Shown: piece after piece, positions 19,481 to 29,174 of the stretch
Position numbering within the stretch: position 1 is the stretch's first letter
Layout of the letters: the number at the start of each line of letters is the position of its first letter
Source: Chthoniobacterales bacterium
GTDB lineage: Bacteria; Verrucomicrobiota; Verrucomicrobiia; Chthoniobacterales; Chthoniobacteraceae
Direction of reading: 5' to 3'
Length of the DNA: 64,000 nucleotides
NCBI GenBank assembly: GCA_038207335.1
Contig: JBBQZX010000019.1
Span: 1-64,000, forward strand
The notes under the pieces: model-generated
What the model was told of the DNA's origin: nothing
Database searches by the model: none
Seen by the model: only the letters and a program-made list of their open reading frames with translations
Position numbers and translations under genes: made by a program

Positions 19481-22435
19481 CTACGGGATTCCGATGCGCA
19501 GCAGTGCGGTCGTGCGATTCGTGAAGCTCAACGCGACCACTACCGACCCCGCGGAGTCAAAGCTCCGGGCGGCTGACATGGACTTGGGCACGACGCTGAG
19601 CAGGGTGAATTTTTTCACCACCAAATCTCCCAAGTGGTCGCCCGCCCGGAGCAAAAGGCGCACATCGCCGACGGAGTCGTGTGCCCAGAGGCCGAGGTTG
19701 TTTTTAGAGGTGCTCAGTTTGCCGATGAAGACGGGCCCCGCACTCGATCCGTCGGGGAGCGCGAGCGCGGTGAATGCGGTCCACTTGAGGCTGGTGGCGT
19801 CGCCGGCGGAGTCGGTGGCAAAGTCGCCAGTTCGGGCGATGGAAAACCGGAGAAGGGCGGGTGAGCCGAATATGATCGCTTGTTTCGTGCTGGATTTCAC
19901 CTCCGCAGCGCTGCCTTTGAGAGTCGCGATGTAGGAAACCCTGCCGCTGGTATTCACGATGGGATCGCTGAAATCGGCGTATGTCACCGCGGGGGGGAGG
20001 CCGATGACGCCGGTCGCTGCGCCTTTCTCCGCGAAGACGCTGAACGCGGCACCGGTGAGGGAGTAGATGAGCGCGGCATTGCTGGCAGCCGGGTGTGAGG
20101 TGAGGGTGGCTTTGGTGGCAAAAATCGAGGTGCCGCCGGCGGTGGACGGCATTCCGAAGCCCGAGTAGGTGCCTGTCAGCGGCGCGGCTGCGGTCTGGCC
20201 GGTGTAGAAAGAGGCGTTCTTCGTCCCGGTATTGGAAATAGAGACGATCGCCGTCGTCTTGCTCTTCGAGTCGGAGGTCTTCACCGCCGACACCCGTGCG
20301 ACGACGCCGAGCTGCCCCTGCCAGCGCCCGTCGCCGGACTCCAGCTTTGCCGGGGCGAAAATCGAGATGCCCTTCACCGTGTAGTCTTCGCCGCCGATCA
20401 GCAGCCCCGTTTGTCCCGTGCGCAGGAGCACCGTGCCGACGTTGTTCTGATCCACGCGGATGAGCGCGGTATTCATGGATGAGGGGCCGGAAAGTTTCAC
20501 CAGCGCGACAAGGTTGCCGGAGGAGACGCCAAGGTTCATCAGTGAGGAGAATTTATCGGTCGAGCCGGCGACGGGGATCACCGAGCCCTGCCGAAAAACG
20601 AGCCGCAGGGTGCCATTGAGATTCGCCCAGACACCATTGGCCTTTGAGCCAGGTCCGCTCACTTTCGCGGCAAAAGCGTAGCCGCCATCGGCAGCGACGA
20701 CGGGGTCCGAAAAGGACACCCAATTCACCGCGGAATCACCGACTCCCACCGGCGCGGGCTCTTCTTTCACCGCGGGCAGAAGCGTACCGCCCGCTGCGGA
20801 TCCTTCCACGAAAAGCGCGGCACCCGTCTTCTTGCCAGCCTTGAAAGACAGCTTGGCGGCGAGCACCCCGCTGGCGCCGATCGCCGGCGTGCCGGCCAGC
20901 TTGATCTCCGCATTGTCAGGGACACCGGTGATGCCATCCGGAAGATCCTGCCCGGTCGGTGCGATCAGGCGGTTGAGCTTGATAGTGACAAACTCCCGCA
21001 GCCCGATCCCCGTCCCCTTGTCGGCCACGAACGACCCCAGCGCGTCGATATCCCCGGCGCGATCCACTTTCACATCCACTCCCAAATCCGCCGAGCTGCC
21101 GAAACTCCCCGTGTAAGAGGTCGCATAGACCCGCTCCCCGGTCTGCGCGTCATATTTTGCGATATACAAATCCGTGTTGCTATCCGCGTTTTGAGTTTCG
21201 CCCACGATGATCGCGTTACTGGCACCGTCTGTCGCTATGGCCCGCGCCGTGGTGTTCCCAAAGCCAGACCCCATATCGACCGCGTCCGTTGGCCAGACGG
21301 CGACCCCGCCGCCGAAGAACCCGGCACTCGTGTATTTGATCGTCCGGCTCACCGGATTCCCGCTCGCATCGATCAGCGTGCCGGTCACGATAGGATTGTT
21401 ATCCGGGCCGATTGCGATCCCGATCGCCTTAGCGCGGGTGCTCCCGACAGGCCGCGTAGCGTAGGGAGTGCCGAAGGTATCCTCCGAAAATGGTCCCTTC
21501 GAGCGCCACACCTCCGAGCCGGCGCTCGCGAATTTGATCGTGAAATATCCGAAGTGATCCGCCGCATCCCGGGAGCCGCCGGTCACGACCACATTGTTAT
21601 TGGAATCCACCGCCACGGCCGTCGCTCCACCCTCCGCATCGGCACCCCCGGTGCCCGTATCGATCGGCGTGATGTCCCACAGCTTCGTGAGATCGGAGGA
21701 CTTCAGTTTGCGCACATAAAACCGGTTCACATTCAGCGCCGTTTGCACCGTGCCGACCACAAAGACGTTGTTCGCCGAATCCACCGCGAGTCCTGCCGGC
21801 ACATCGTCCAGATTCGACGATGTCTGCGTGTAGGAATCCAGCGCGAGCTGCGTGCCGTCGATCGATTTATATTTGATCGTCACCCAGTCGAAGCCCGTCG
21901 AGTTGTTCACATTCTTGCCTCCCGAGCGCCCTGTCACGATCACGTCCTTCGCGCCGTCGCACACCACCTTCAGCGCCGTATCCTCTGAGTCGTTCGTTCC
22001 GTTGAAAGACTTCTGCCACACCAGCGTGCCGTCCACGCCGCTGTACTTCACCGTGTAGTAGTCGATCGAACCGGCCACATTTCGCGAGCCCGTCACCACG
22101 CAATCCCCCGACGAATCCACCGCTACATCATTCGCAATGAACTCATTCGTCCCGGCCCCGTTCAGTTCCTTCTGCCACACCACATGCCCGTCGAGCGAAT
22201 CGTATTTCGCCGTGTAGAATCCCTTCGCACTCCCCACGATCGCGTGCCCCGTCACGAAGACATTCCCGCGCCCATCCAGCGCCATCGCGTGCGGGAATTG
22301 GCTCACCGCCGAGGTATCGTTGAAGCTCTGCCCCCAGGCGGCATAGTAAGATGGCACCTGAGAGAACGCCGTGGAGGCCACGAGCAAGAGAGCGGCAGCC
22401 GCGATTCCAGCGGCGCGAGAGACAGGATGGTTCAT
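19481..22435 (-). CDS. Large secreted beta-propeller repeat protein
   Basis: Signal peptide; repeated (A/V)VDS.GN(V)VVTG and Y.T(V/I)KY blades; C-terminal half with FSDP.V...G..AF.A-type repeats. Confidence 0.75.
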   Translation of the reverse strand: MNHPVSRAAGIAAAALLLVASTAFSQVPSYYAAWGQSFNDTSAVSQFPHAMALDGRGNVFVTGHAIVGSAKGFYTAKYDSLDGHVVWQKELNGAGTNEFIANDVAVDSSGDCVVTGSRNVAGSIDYYTVKYSGVDGTLVWQKSFNGTNDSEDTALKVVCDGAKDVIVTGRSGGKNVNNSTGFDWVTIKYKSIDGTQLALDSYTQTSSNLDDVPAGLAVDSANNVFVVGTVQTALNVNRFYVRKLKSSDLTKLWDITPIDTGTGGADAEGGATAVAVDSNNNVVVTGGSRDAADHFGYFTIKFASAGSEVWRSKGPFSEDTFGTPYATRPVGSTRAKAIGIAIGPDNNPIVTGTLIDASGNPVSRTIKYTSAGFFGGGVAVWPTDAVDMGSGFGNTTARAIATDGASNAIIVGETQNADSNTDLYIAKYDAQTGERVYATSYTGSFGSSADLGVDVKVDRAGDIDALGSFVADKGTGIGLREFVTIKLNRLIAPTGQDLPDGITGVPDNAEIKLAGTPAIGASGVLAAKLSFKAGKKTGAALFVEGSAAGGTLLPAVKEEPAPVGVGDSAVNWVSFSDPVVAADGGYAFAAKVSGPGSKANGVWANLNGTLRLVFRQGSVIPVAGSTDKFSSLMNLGVSSGNLVALVKLSGPSSMNTALIRVDQNNVGTVLLRTGQTGLLIGGEDYTVKGISIFAPAKLESGDGRWQGQLGVVARVSAVKTSDSKSKTTAIVSISNTGTKNASFYTGQTAAAPLTGTYSGFGMPSTAGGTSIFATKATLTSHPAASNAALIYSLTGAAFSVFAEKGAATGVIGLPPAVTYADFSDPIVNTSGRVSYIATLKGSAAEVKSSTKQAIIFGSPALLRFSIARTGDFATDSAGDATSLKWTAFTALALPDGSSAGPVFIGKLSTSKNNLGLWAHDSVGDVRLLLRAGDHLGDLVVKKFTLLSVVPKSMSAARSFDSAGSVVVALSFTNRTTALLRIGIP

Positions 22436-22675
22436 AGAGCTAGTTGGTTTCCCCGCGTGTTAAACAACACCCAGCAAAATCGTCCACCTAAAAAGCGAAA
22501 TTCCTCAGTCCGATACGCCTTTCTGGTTCGCGACGCAGCAGCGTCAAAATCGGCCCTTCCTTATTCCTGACCCGCGGCTTCTGCAGGGGGAGCTTGGGGA
22601 GGGAGACGGCGGAAGGGTTTGCGAAGAACGTCGGTGCGGCGTTGATGAGGGGAACGGGGCGCACGTTGCTGTGTG

Positions 22676-22822
22676 AGGAAGGTGGATGAAGCTCGGAGGG
22701 GGATGGACTGTGGGTTGCCGATCATTCACCGTACTTTGGGAATGGTTGATCGTTCTCGGGGGATCATGAATGATCCTTTTTGCTTCATTGACCTATCAAC
22801 TTGGTCAATTGATTGTCGATTT
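22676..22822. repeat. Degenerate 21-bp tandem repeat array (at least 7 units)
   Basis: Units such as AGGAAGGTGGATGAAGCTCGG, GGAATGGTTGATCGTTCTCGG, GGGATCATGAATGATCCTTTT and TGGTCAATTGATTGTCGATTT. Confidence 0.55.
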
Positions 22823-23010
22823 AGGATCAATCTGGACAAACGTCTCTGTGGGGAGGGTGGTTTGGGGGGTGATGTGTGGCTTTTTGATCTGCTGGAGGTG
22901 CTCGGAAGGCCGGGGTGTGCGATTTTAACCAGAAAAACTCAGGGCGTGGGGCTGGCGGTTGGTGCGAGCTAACGGACAGCGGATCGCCGAGCTCGAATTG
23001 GTACGCCCAA

Positions 23011-23038
23011 ACGCCCGGCTGCGATTGCAACCGGGCGT
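23011..23038 (-). terminator. Probable intrinsic terminator downstream of csbD
   Basis: Hairpin ACGCCCGGTTGC-aatc-GCAGCCGGGCGT on the minus strand, followed by a short T run. Confidence 0.55.
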
Positions 23039-23106
23039 GATGTTTCGAGGGAGCCTTTTCGCTCCTCCTGCGCGGGCCTTGAGGACTCCGCGGACGGCGG
23101 GAAGCC

Positions 23107-23292
23107 TTACAGCTTGCCGAGCATGTCGCGAACTTGCTCTTTGTCCTGGCCGAGCCGCTTTTGGAGTCGCCCGAGGAGTTCGTCTTCCTTGCCTTCGGCA
23201 AAGGTGAGGTCGTCGTCGGTGAGGGCGGCGTATTTCTGCTTCAGCTTGCCTTTAAGTTCGTTCCAGTTGCCTTTGAGATTGAGTTCAGTCAT
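23107..23292 (-). CDS. csbD: CsbD family general stress protein
   Basis: LKGNWNELKGKLKQKYAALTDDDL...GKEDELLGRLQKRLG. Confidence 0.92.
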   Translation of the reverse strand: MTELNLKGNWNELKGKLKQKYAALTDDDLTFAEGKEDELLGRLQKRLGQDKEQVRDMLGKL

Positions 23293-23395
23293 GCCCACTA
23301 AATCGGCATTGCGGCATGATGTGGACGGGTCCGGAGGTGGGATGGATGAACCCTGGCGGCTTCACGGAGTGCACCGGAATGGCGCGCTGCGGAGC

Positions 23396-24382
23396 TTACT
23401 TTCCGAGTGACTCCGGCATGACTCCTTTGGCTCCGCCGTCGAAGCCATACATGCGCGGTGCGAACTCACCGACGACATCGACGTTCGCTTTTTTAGGAAC
23501 CTCGAGGCCGGTGGCCCAATACGCGCCATTCACGATGAGGCGGCGGAGACCTTCGTTCACGAAGTCGGATGCGGCGCCCATGGTCGTGGTGAGGGCTTTG
23601 GTGGTTTTGCCGGCGTCGCTTTTTGTCTCGATGGTCCAGGCGATGGGCATCATGGGGTCGTTGATGCCTTGCTCTTGCTTGTCGGTGGAGCGCTTTTTTG
23701 TGTAGTCGGCGGGCTCGCCGGTGGGCTCCATGGTTTTGAGGACTTGGCCGCGGACGAGGATGGTGGCTTCGGTGGGCGGGGCGGCTTCGTAAACGTCGGT
23801 GGTGACGAAAATGTCGGAGACGCTGTTGAGGACCGGGTTGCCTTTGGCCGAGGGCTCGAGGATGCCGCGCGTGGCTTCCTTTTTGTGCCCGCCCCAGTGG
23901 TTGACCCACCTTTCGCCGAGGACTTTTTTGCCGAAGTCGTTGAACCATTTGTATTCGCCCTTGATGCCGTTGAAGGCGTGGGTGCTCGTGCGGAGGCCGA
24001 TGAATGGCTTGCCCGAGGCGTAGTAGTCGGCGAAGTGCTTCATCTGGTCGTCGGGCCACGCGCGGTAGCGCAGCGAGGTGATGCAGAGGTCGGCTGCGTC
24101 GAGGGCTTCGAGGCCGGGTTCGTTGTTCTTGGTGTTCGGGTCGATCGCGCCGGTCGCGGGGTCGATGGAAAAGCAGACGGTGCAGGTGAAGCCGTGGCGT
24201 TCGCTGAGGATTTTCGCGAGCTGCGGCATGGTTTCCTCACTGCGATATTCCTCGTCGCCGGCGAGCAGGACGATGCGCTTGCCTTTGCCCGGACCCTCTT
24301 TCCCCTCAAACGTAATGGAGACGGCACCGGAGGCGCAAAACGTGAAAGCGGTGAGGGAGAGGAGCGTCGTGAGGAGTTTCAT
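23396..24382 (-). CDS. Secreted ThuA-like domain protein
   Basis: Signal peptide; IVLLAGDEEYRSEE, IGLRTSTHAF, MPIAWT, TTTMGA. Confidence 0.8.
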   Translation of the reverse strand: MKLLTTLLSLTAFTFCASGAVSITFEGKEGPGKGKRIVLLAGDEEYRSEETMPQLAKILSERHGFTCTVCFSIDPATGAIDPNTKNNEPGLEALDAADLCITSLRYRAWPDDQMKHFADYYASGKPFIGLRTSTHAFNGIKGEYKWFNDFGKKVLGERWVNHWGGHKKEATRGILEPSAKGNPVLNSVSDIFVTTDVYEAAPPTEATILVRGQVLKTMEPTGEPADYTKKRSTDKQEQGINDPMMPIAWTIETKSDAGKTTKALTTTMGAASDFVNEGLRRLIVNGAYWATGLEVPKKANVDVVGEFAPRMYGFDGGAKGVMPESLGK

Positions 24383-24460
24383 GGCGGGTGGTGATAACGG
24401 AGCGCGCGGGTCGTGGAAAGCGGGAAGAATTTCGGATGCACGCAACTTTCAAAAACGCGC

Positions 24461-24489
24461 TTGCCAAGAGGCGCGGATCGCCTCATTTT
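24461..24489 (+). promoter_or_regulatory. Possible sigma70 promoter of tRNA-Ala
   Basis: TTGCCA-N17-CATTTT ending 17 bp before the tRNA. Confidence 0.4.
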
Positions 24490-24506
24490 CCCCGACTCGT
24501 TTTCAC

Positions 24507-24579
24507 GGGGTCTTAGCTCAGTTGGTAGAGCGCCGCAATGGCATTGCGGAGGTCAGGGGTTCGAACCCCCTAGGCTCCA
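24507..24579 (+). tRNA. tRNA-Ala (GGC), CCA not encoded
   Basis: GGGGTCT/AGGCTCC acceptor stem, GCTC-AGTTGGTA-GAGC D arm, CCGCA-ATGGCAT-TGCGG anticodon arm, AGGGG-TTCGAAC-CCCCT T arm. Confidence 0.97.
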
Positions 24580-24618
24580 CTCCTTTCGTCACGGGATAAA
24601 AGGAACTTGGGAAGGTTC

Positions 24619-27432
24619 ATGATCATTCGAAAAATACCACTGCCTCCATCGTTGTTTCGCGCCCTCGCCGGATGGCTCCTGCTGGGTGCGGCCACCTTGG
24701 ACGCGGCGACGTTGCCACCCGGATTCACCGAGACCCAGGTGGCTGGCGGGCTCAATCCCACGACGATGACCTTCGCCCCGGATGGGCGGCTGTTTTTGTG
24801 CGAAAAGCCGGGACTGCTCCGGGGGGTGGACGGTGGCGCGATGCTGCCGTCGCCGGTCCTGGACATTGCGGCGAAGGTGGATAGTTGGAACGAACGCGGT
24901 TTGCTGAGCGTGTGCTTCGATCCGGAGTTCGCAGGCAATGGCTGGATCTACATTTACTACACCCACAATCGCAACCCGGCCCATGCCAACCATACTTCCA
25001 GCAACAACCGGGTCAGCCGCTTTACCATCAAAGGTAACATGGCGGACGCCAGCAGCGAAGTGGTGCTGCGGGAACTGACCAACCTCTCGAAGATCGGCTG
25101 GCATAACGGCGGCGGCCTGAGCTTCGGCAAGGACGGCAAGCTTTACATCAGCACCGGTGAGAATGCGAACGGCCCCAACGCGCAAGATAGCGGCAACCTG
25201 CTCGGCAAGCTACTGCGCATCAACAAGGACGGGTCGATCCCCACTGACAATTCCCACTACCGGGACTATACAGGCAGCAATCGGGCGATCGTCGCGCTCG
25301 GGCTGCGCAATCCATTCAACATCGCGGTCCAGCGGGCCACCGGATTGCTCTACCTCAGTATGGTCGGGGCCAATTTCGAGCAAATCGAGAGCTATGATAC
25401 CGGTGTCGCGCCAGCGGCCGTCAACTATGGCTGGCCGGGCATCGACGGCCCGCCCCGCGACCAGTCTCAGCCTGCCGGCTACCGCGCGCCGGCTTACGCC
25501 TACGATCATGGCCGCGGCGATGCCACGGCGCTGTGCGGCGGTGATTTCTACAATCCAGCCAAACCCGGTGCGGACGCCTTTCCTGCGGAATACACGGGGA
25601 GATTTTTCTTCAGCGATTACAAGGGGTGGATCAAATCGATCGATCCTGCCAATCCGGGCACGCGCTCCGACTTCGCCTCGGGGATCGACCGACCGATCGA
25701 TGTAGATATCGCCCCGGATGGCGCGCTGTGGTATATCGCCCGCGCTGGCATCCCCGGCGGATCGGACGCCGCCAACAGCGCCAGCGCCAATGGCTCGCTG
25801 TGGCGCGTGCGGTGGACGGGCGGCGGCCAGTCGGTGAAACTCACGGTTATCTAGCAACCGGCCAACTCCAATGTGGGCGCGCCGATCGGCGTGGTGAAAG
25901 TGGCGCTCCAGGACTCGAACGGTAAGACGGTGACCACCGCTAACGATACCGTCACCTCGACGCTGGACAGCAATCCGGCGATGGGCGTGCTTTCTGGCAC
26001 GACCAATGTCAGGGCGGTCGGAGGGGTGGCGACTTTCGCGGCGCTCGCCATCGGCCAACCCAGTCGGGGCTACACCCTGCGTGCCAGCATCGGTAAACTT
26101 TCCACCGTGAGCAGCGCGGCCTTCGACATTGGGAATCAAATCGCCACGCCCGTGATCACGCCGCCGACTGGCAGCTTCAGCGGTCCGGTGTGGGTGGGGA
26201 TTTCCAACTCCGTGCCAGGCACGACGATCCGCTTCACCAGCGATGGTAAAGATCCCGAAGCCACATCGCCGATCTATACCGGTCCGTTCCAAATTACCGG
26301 GAGCCGTTTGATCAAAGCCATCGCCCAGAGTAACGGCCTCACTGACAGCGCGGTGGCGAGTGCGAGCATCGACATTACCGGCAGCACTCCTTACGGGCTT
26401 GACTACCGCCCACCGGTCAGCGGTGTGAGGATTCCCGCCGCTGCGGACAGCCTGCCTGCCGCGCTCTCTGGCACCGGAATTTTCAGCGACAATCATCTTA
26501 CCGCCAAGACCGGCGTCGTGCATTATTCGCTCAATAGCTCGGTCTGGGCGGACGGCGCGCAGATCAAGCATTGGGTGGCGTTGCCGGATTCGGCGAAAAT
26601 CGGCTTCGCCCCTGCTGGCGAATACCAGTGGCCGGGCGGCACTGTTTTCGTCCAGCACTTTGAGATCGTGACCGACCAGACCACTGGCGCGCGCCGCCGA
26701 CTCGAGACGCGGTTGCTGGTGCTGGATCCCTCGGGCACCTTTGGATAAGGCGCGACCTATCGCTGGCGGGCCGACGACAGCGACGCGGATCTCGTCGATG
26801 CCAATGGTCAGGAAGAGGTTCTGAAAATCACCGATGCGTCCGGTGGCACCCATAATCAAACATGGAGTTACCCTGCGCGCGGACTATGTTTCATGTGCCA
26901 CAATCCCAATGCCGGTTTCGTCCTCGGACCCAAGACCCGCCAGCTCAACGGCAATTTCACCTATCCTGGCGGGCGCACCGACAATCAGCTTCGCACTTGG
27001 AATTACCTGCAAATGTTCACCCCCGGATTGGTTGAAAATGCCATCAAAAGCTACGCGCACACCGTCAAGGTCGATGATGCCAGCGTGTCGCTGGAGAACC
27101 GGGTGCGCTCGTATCTCGATGCCAACTGCTCGCAGTGCCACCGGCCCAACGGCACCGGCGCGCTGTGGGATGCGCGCTTCGATACTCCGCTGGCCAGCCA
27201 GGGCATCATCAATGGCGAGGTGCGCAATAACTTCGGCATCGACGGCACGAAGCTGGTGGTCCCGGCCGATCCGGCCAAGTCGATGCTGCATGTCCGCATT
27301 GGCTCGACCGCGCCGGCTCAGCAGATGCCGCCGCTGACGCGTAACGTGGTCGATGCCGTCGCGCTCGACGTGCTCAGCCAGTGGATCCGCGCCAGCGCCC
27401 AGTCACCGACAGAGCGCGATACCGACAGGTAG
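24619..27432 (+). pseudogene. PQQ-dependent sugar (GSDH-like) dehydrogenase + Ig-like + chitobiase-C-like + di-heme cytochrome c fusion with two in-frame stops
   Basis: ORFs 24607, 25873 and 26893 share one frame, interrupted by TAG 25852-25854 and TAA 26746-26748. Motifs WHNGGGLSFGKDGKLY, GLRNPF, CFMCH and CSQCH. Confidence 0.85.
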
Positions 27433-27480
27433 TCGCTCAGTGCTCGGATTCGCCGGGATTGTCCAGGATGCCCGGATCGA

Positions 27481-27809
27481 TTCATTGGTGATGAGGGTTG
27501 CCGTTCTTGAGGCGGAGGGCGACCCGAGGCGATCTGATTTCGTGTTCCCAAATCCCGTTAAAGTCCTTGTCGTATTCCACCACTTAGCCCAGCCCGAAGA
27601 CGGAAACAGATAGGTTCCCTGAGCGGTGACGCGCGGGCGCGGCTATACAGGCTGCGGATTCCATCGGGATTGCCCGGCTGCCGGTAAGGAAGCTTGTGCT
27701 CGAGTTCGGTGATTCCTGTCTCACTGTTGGAGACCTTCAACTTGGGTGACAGGCCGTTCTCCACGAACATGACCTTGTCGAGACCAATGGGCTGGCAGGT
27801 GTGGATTTC
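27481..27809 (-). pseudogene. Internal remnant of a beta-propeller protein gene
   Basis: EIHTCQPIGLDKVMFVENG...RAR | VTAQGTYLFP | FGLG*VVEYDKDFNGIWEHEIRSPRVALRLKNGN | LITNE, across three frameshifts and one stop. Confidence 0.6.
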
Positions 27810-27865
27810 CTGTATTCTCGGGGCTGGCAGTTTTGTGGCAGTCCTAGTGCCAGACTACGTGTCCA

Positions 27866-29173
27866 TCAAATCTCGGGATATTTCCAAGGAGCGCGGTACG
27901 GGCGTTGCAGGAGTTGGCTGGCCTCAGGGTCGTTGATGATACTTTCTTTGTCCCCGTCCCATTCAATGCTGCGTCCGGCGCGCCAGGAAATCATGCCGAG
28001 GAGCGGAAGCACGGAGGATCGGTGGGCGATGTCGATGCGCGCGACGGCGGGACGCTTTTGGTCGATGGCATCCATGAAGTCCGCCCACAGAAGTGTGAGG
28101 TTGTGGCCATCGGGTTCCTGAAGTTCGGATTTTTCGTGAACCTGAGCTTCGCGATCATTGCGCGGGTAAAAGGTCCAGCCATCGCGCCAACCGATGTGAA
28201 GAATGCCGTTCGTGCCGTAGAAGTAGGCGCCGATGGAATGCTTTTCGGTGGCGTTGCCGCCGAACTTTCGATGTTCCCAGATGCAGGTAAACTTCTCGAA
28301 CTCGTAAGTGGCTACCTGATGATCGGGAGCGTCCGAGGTTTGTTCTTTCTCATTGAGAACGGGCGCGCCAGCGATGGCTCGGCCGCCGGTGCAGAAGATC
28401 CGTTTGGGATACTTTTCCTCGGTCCACCACAGGACCTGATCCAGCCAGTGCACGCCCCAATCGCCGAGGGTGCCATTGGCGTAATCGAGGAAATTGCGCC
28501 AGCCGCCGGGATGGAGTTTCCCATTGAAAGGGCGCAAGGGCGCAGGCCCGCACCATTGGTTCCAATCCATGGACTTGGGCGGGGCGCTGTTTGCTTGCGG
28601 ATTCTCATGGCCACCGCCGCTGTCCGCGAAAAGACGGACCATGCCGACCTCCCCGACCTTGCCGGATTTGAGGAATTTCATTGCGCTCACATGATGCGGA
28701 CCGATGCGGCGATGCAGACCGACCTGGACGACGCAACCGGAGTCACGCGCGGCTTTGAACATGGCACGGCTTTCGTTGACGGTGTGCCCGGTCGGCTTCT
28801 CGACGAAGACATGCGCGCCCGCCTTGAGCGCATCGATGGTTTGCAGCGCGTGCCAGTGATCGGGCGTGGCGATGATCACGACGTCTGGCTTTTCTTTTTC
28901 GAGGAGTTCGCGGTGATCTTTGTAAGTCTTGGGCGAATCGCCATTCCAGCCGTTGACCTGATCGGCGGTGATTTCCAATCCGTTGCCGTCCACATCGCAG
29001 AGGCCGACGATCTGGCAGCGATTTGACGCCGCGGCCTCTTTCAAAATGTTTTTGCCCCACCAACCGCAACCGATCAGCGCGGTGCGGAATTTTGCGGTAT
29101 TGGATTGGCCAAGGATATAGGGAGCGCCCGCGAGAAGGAGTCCCGAAGATTTGAGAAAGGTGCGGCGTTTCAT
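27866..29173 (-). CDS. Gfo/Idh/MocA oxidoreductase with Tat signal
   Basis: KRRTFLK; IGCGWWG; ATPDHWHA; FVEKP; LGDWGVHWLD. Confidence 0.92.
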   Translation of the reverse strand: MKRRTFLKSSGLLLAGAPYILGQSNTAKFRTALIGCGWWGKNILKEAAASNRCQIVGLCDVDGNGLEITADQVNGWNGDSPKTYKDHRELLEKEKPDVVIIATPDHWHALQTIDALKAGAHVFVEKPTGHTVNESRAMFKAARDSGCVVQVGLHRRIGPHHVSAMKFLKSGKVGEVGMVRLFADSGGGHENPQANSAPPKSMDWNQWCGPAPLRPFNGKLHPGGWRNFLDYANGTLGDWGVHWLDQVLWWTEEKYPKRIFCTGGRAIAGAPVLNEKEQTSDAPDHQVATYEFEKFTCIWEHRKFGGNATEKHSIGAYFYGTNGILHIGWRDGWTFYPRNDREAQVHEKSELQEPDGHNLTLLWADFMDAIDQKRPAVARIDIAHRSSVLPLLGMISWRAGRSIEWDGDKESIINDPEASQLLQRPYRAPWKYPEI

Positions 29174-29174
29174 G

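Noticed and set aside
22593..22830. CRISPR array
   Set aside because: No identical repeats with unique spacers and no cas genes in the window.
23315..23378. Two or three further units resembling the 21-bp repeat upstream of csbD
   Set aside because: Similarity is weak, and the same bases are better explained as the candidate ECF promoter.
25852..26748. Stop-codon readthrough or genetic-code reassignment in the dehydrogenase fusion
   Set aside because: The two stops differ (TAG, TAA) and imply different residues (Gln, Tyr). Both codons terminate normal genes elsewhere in the window.
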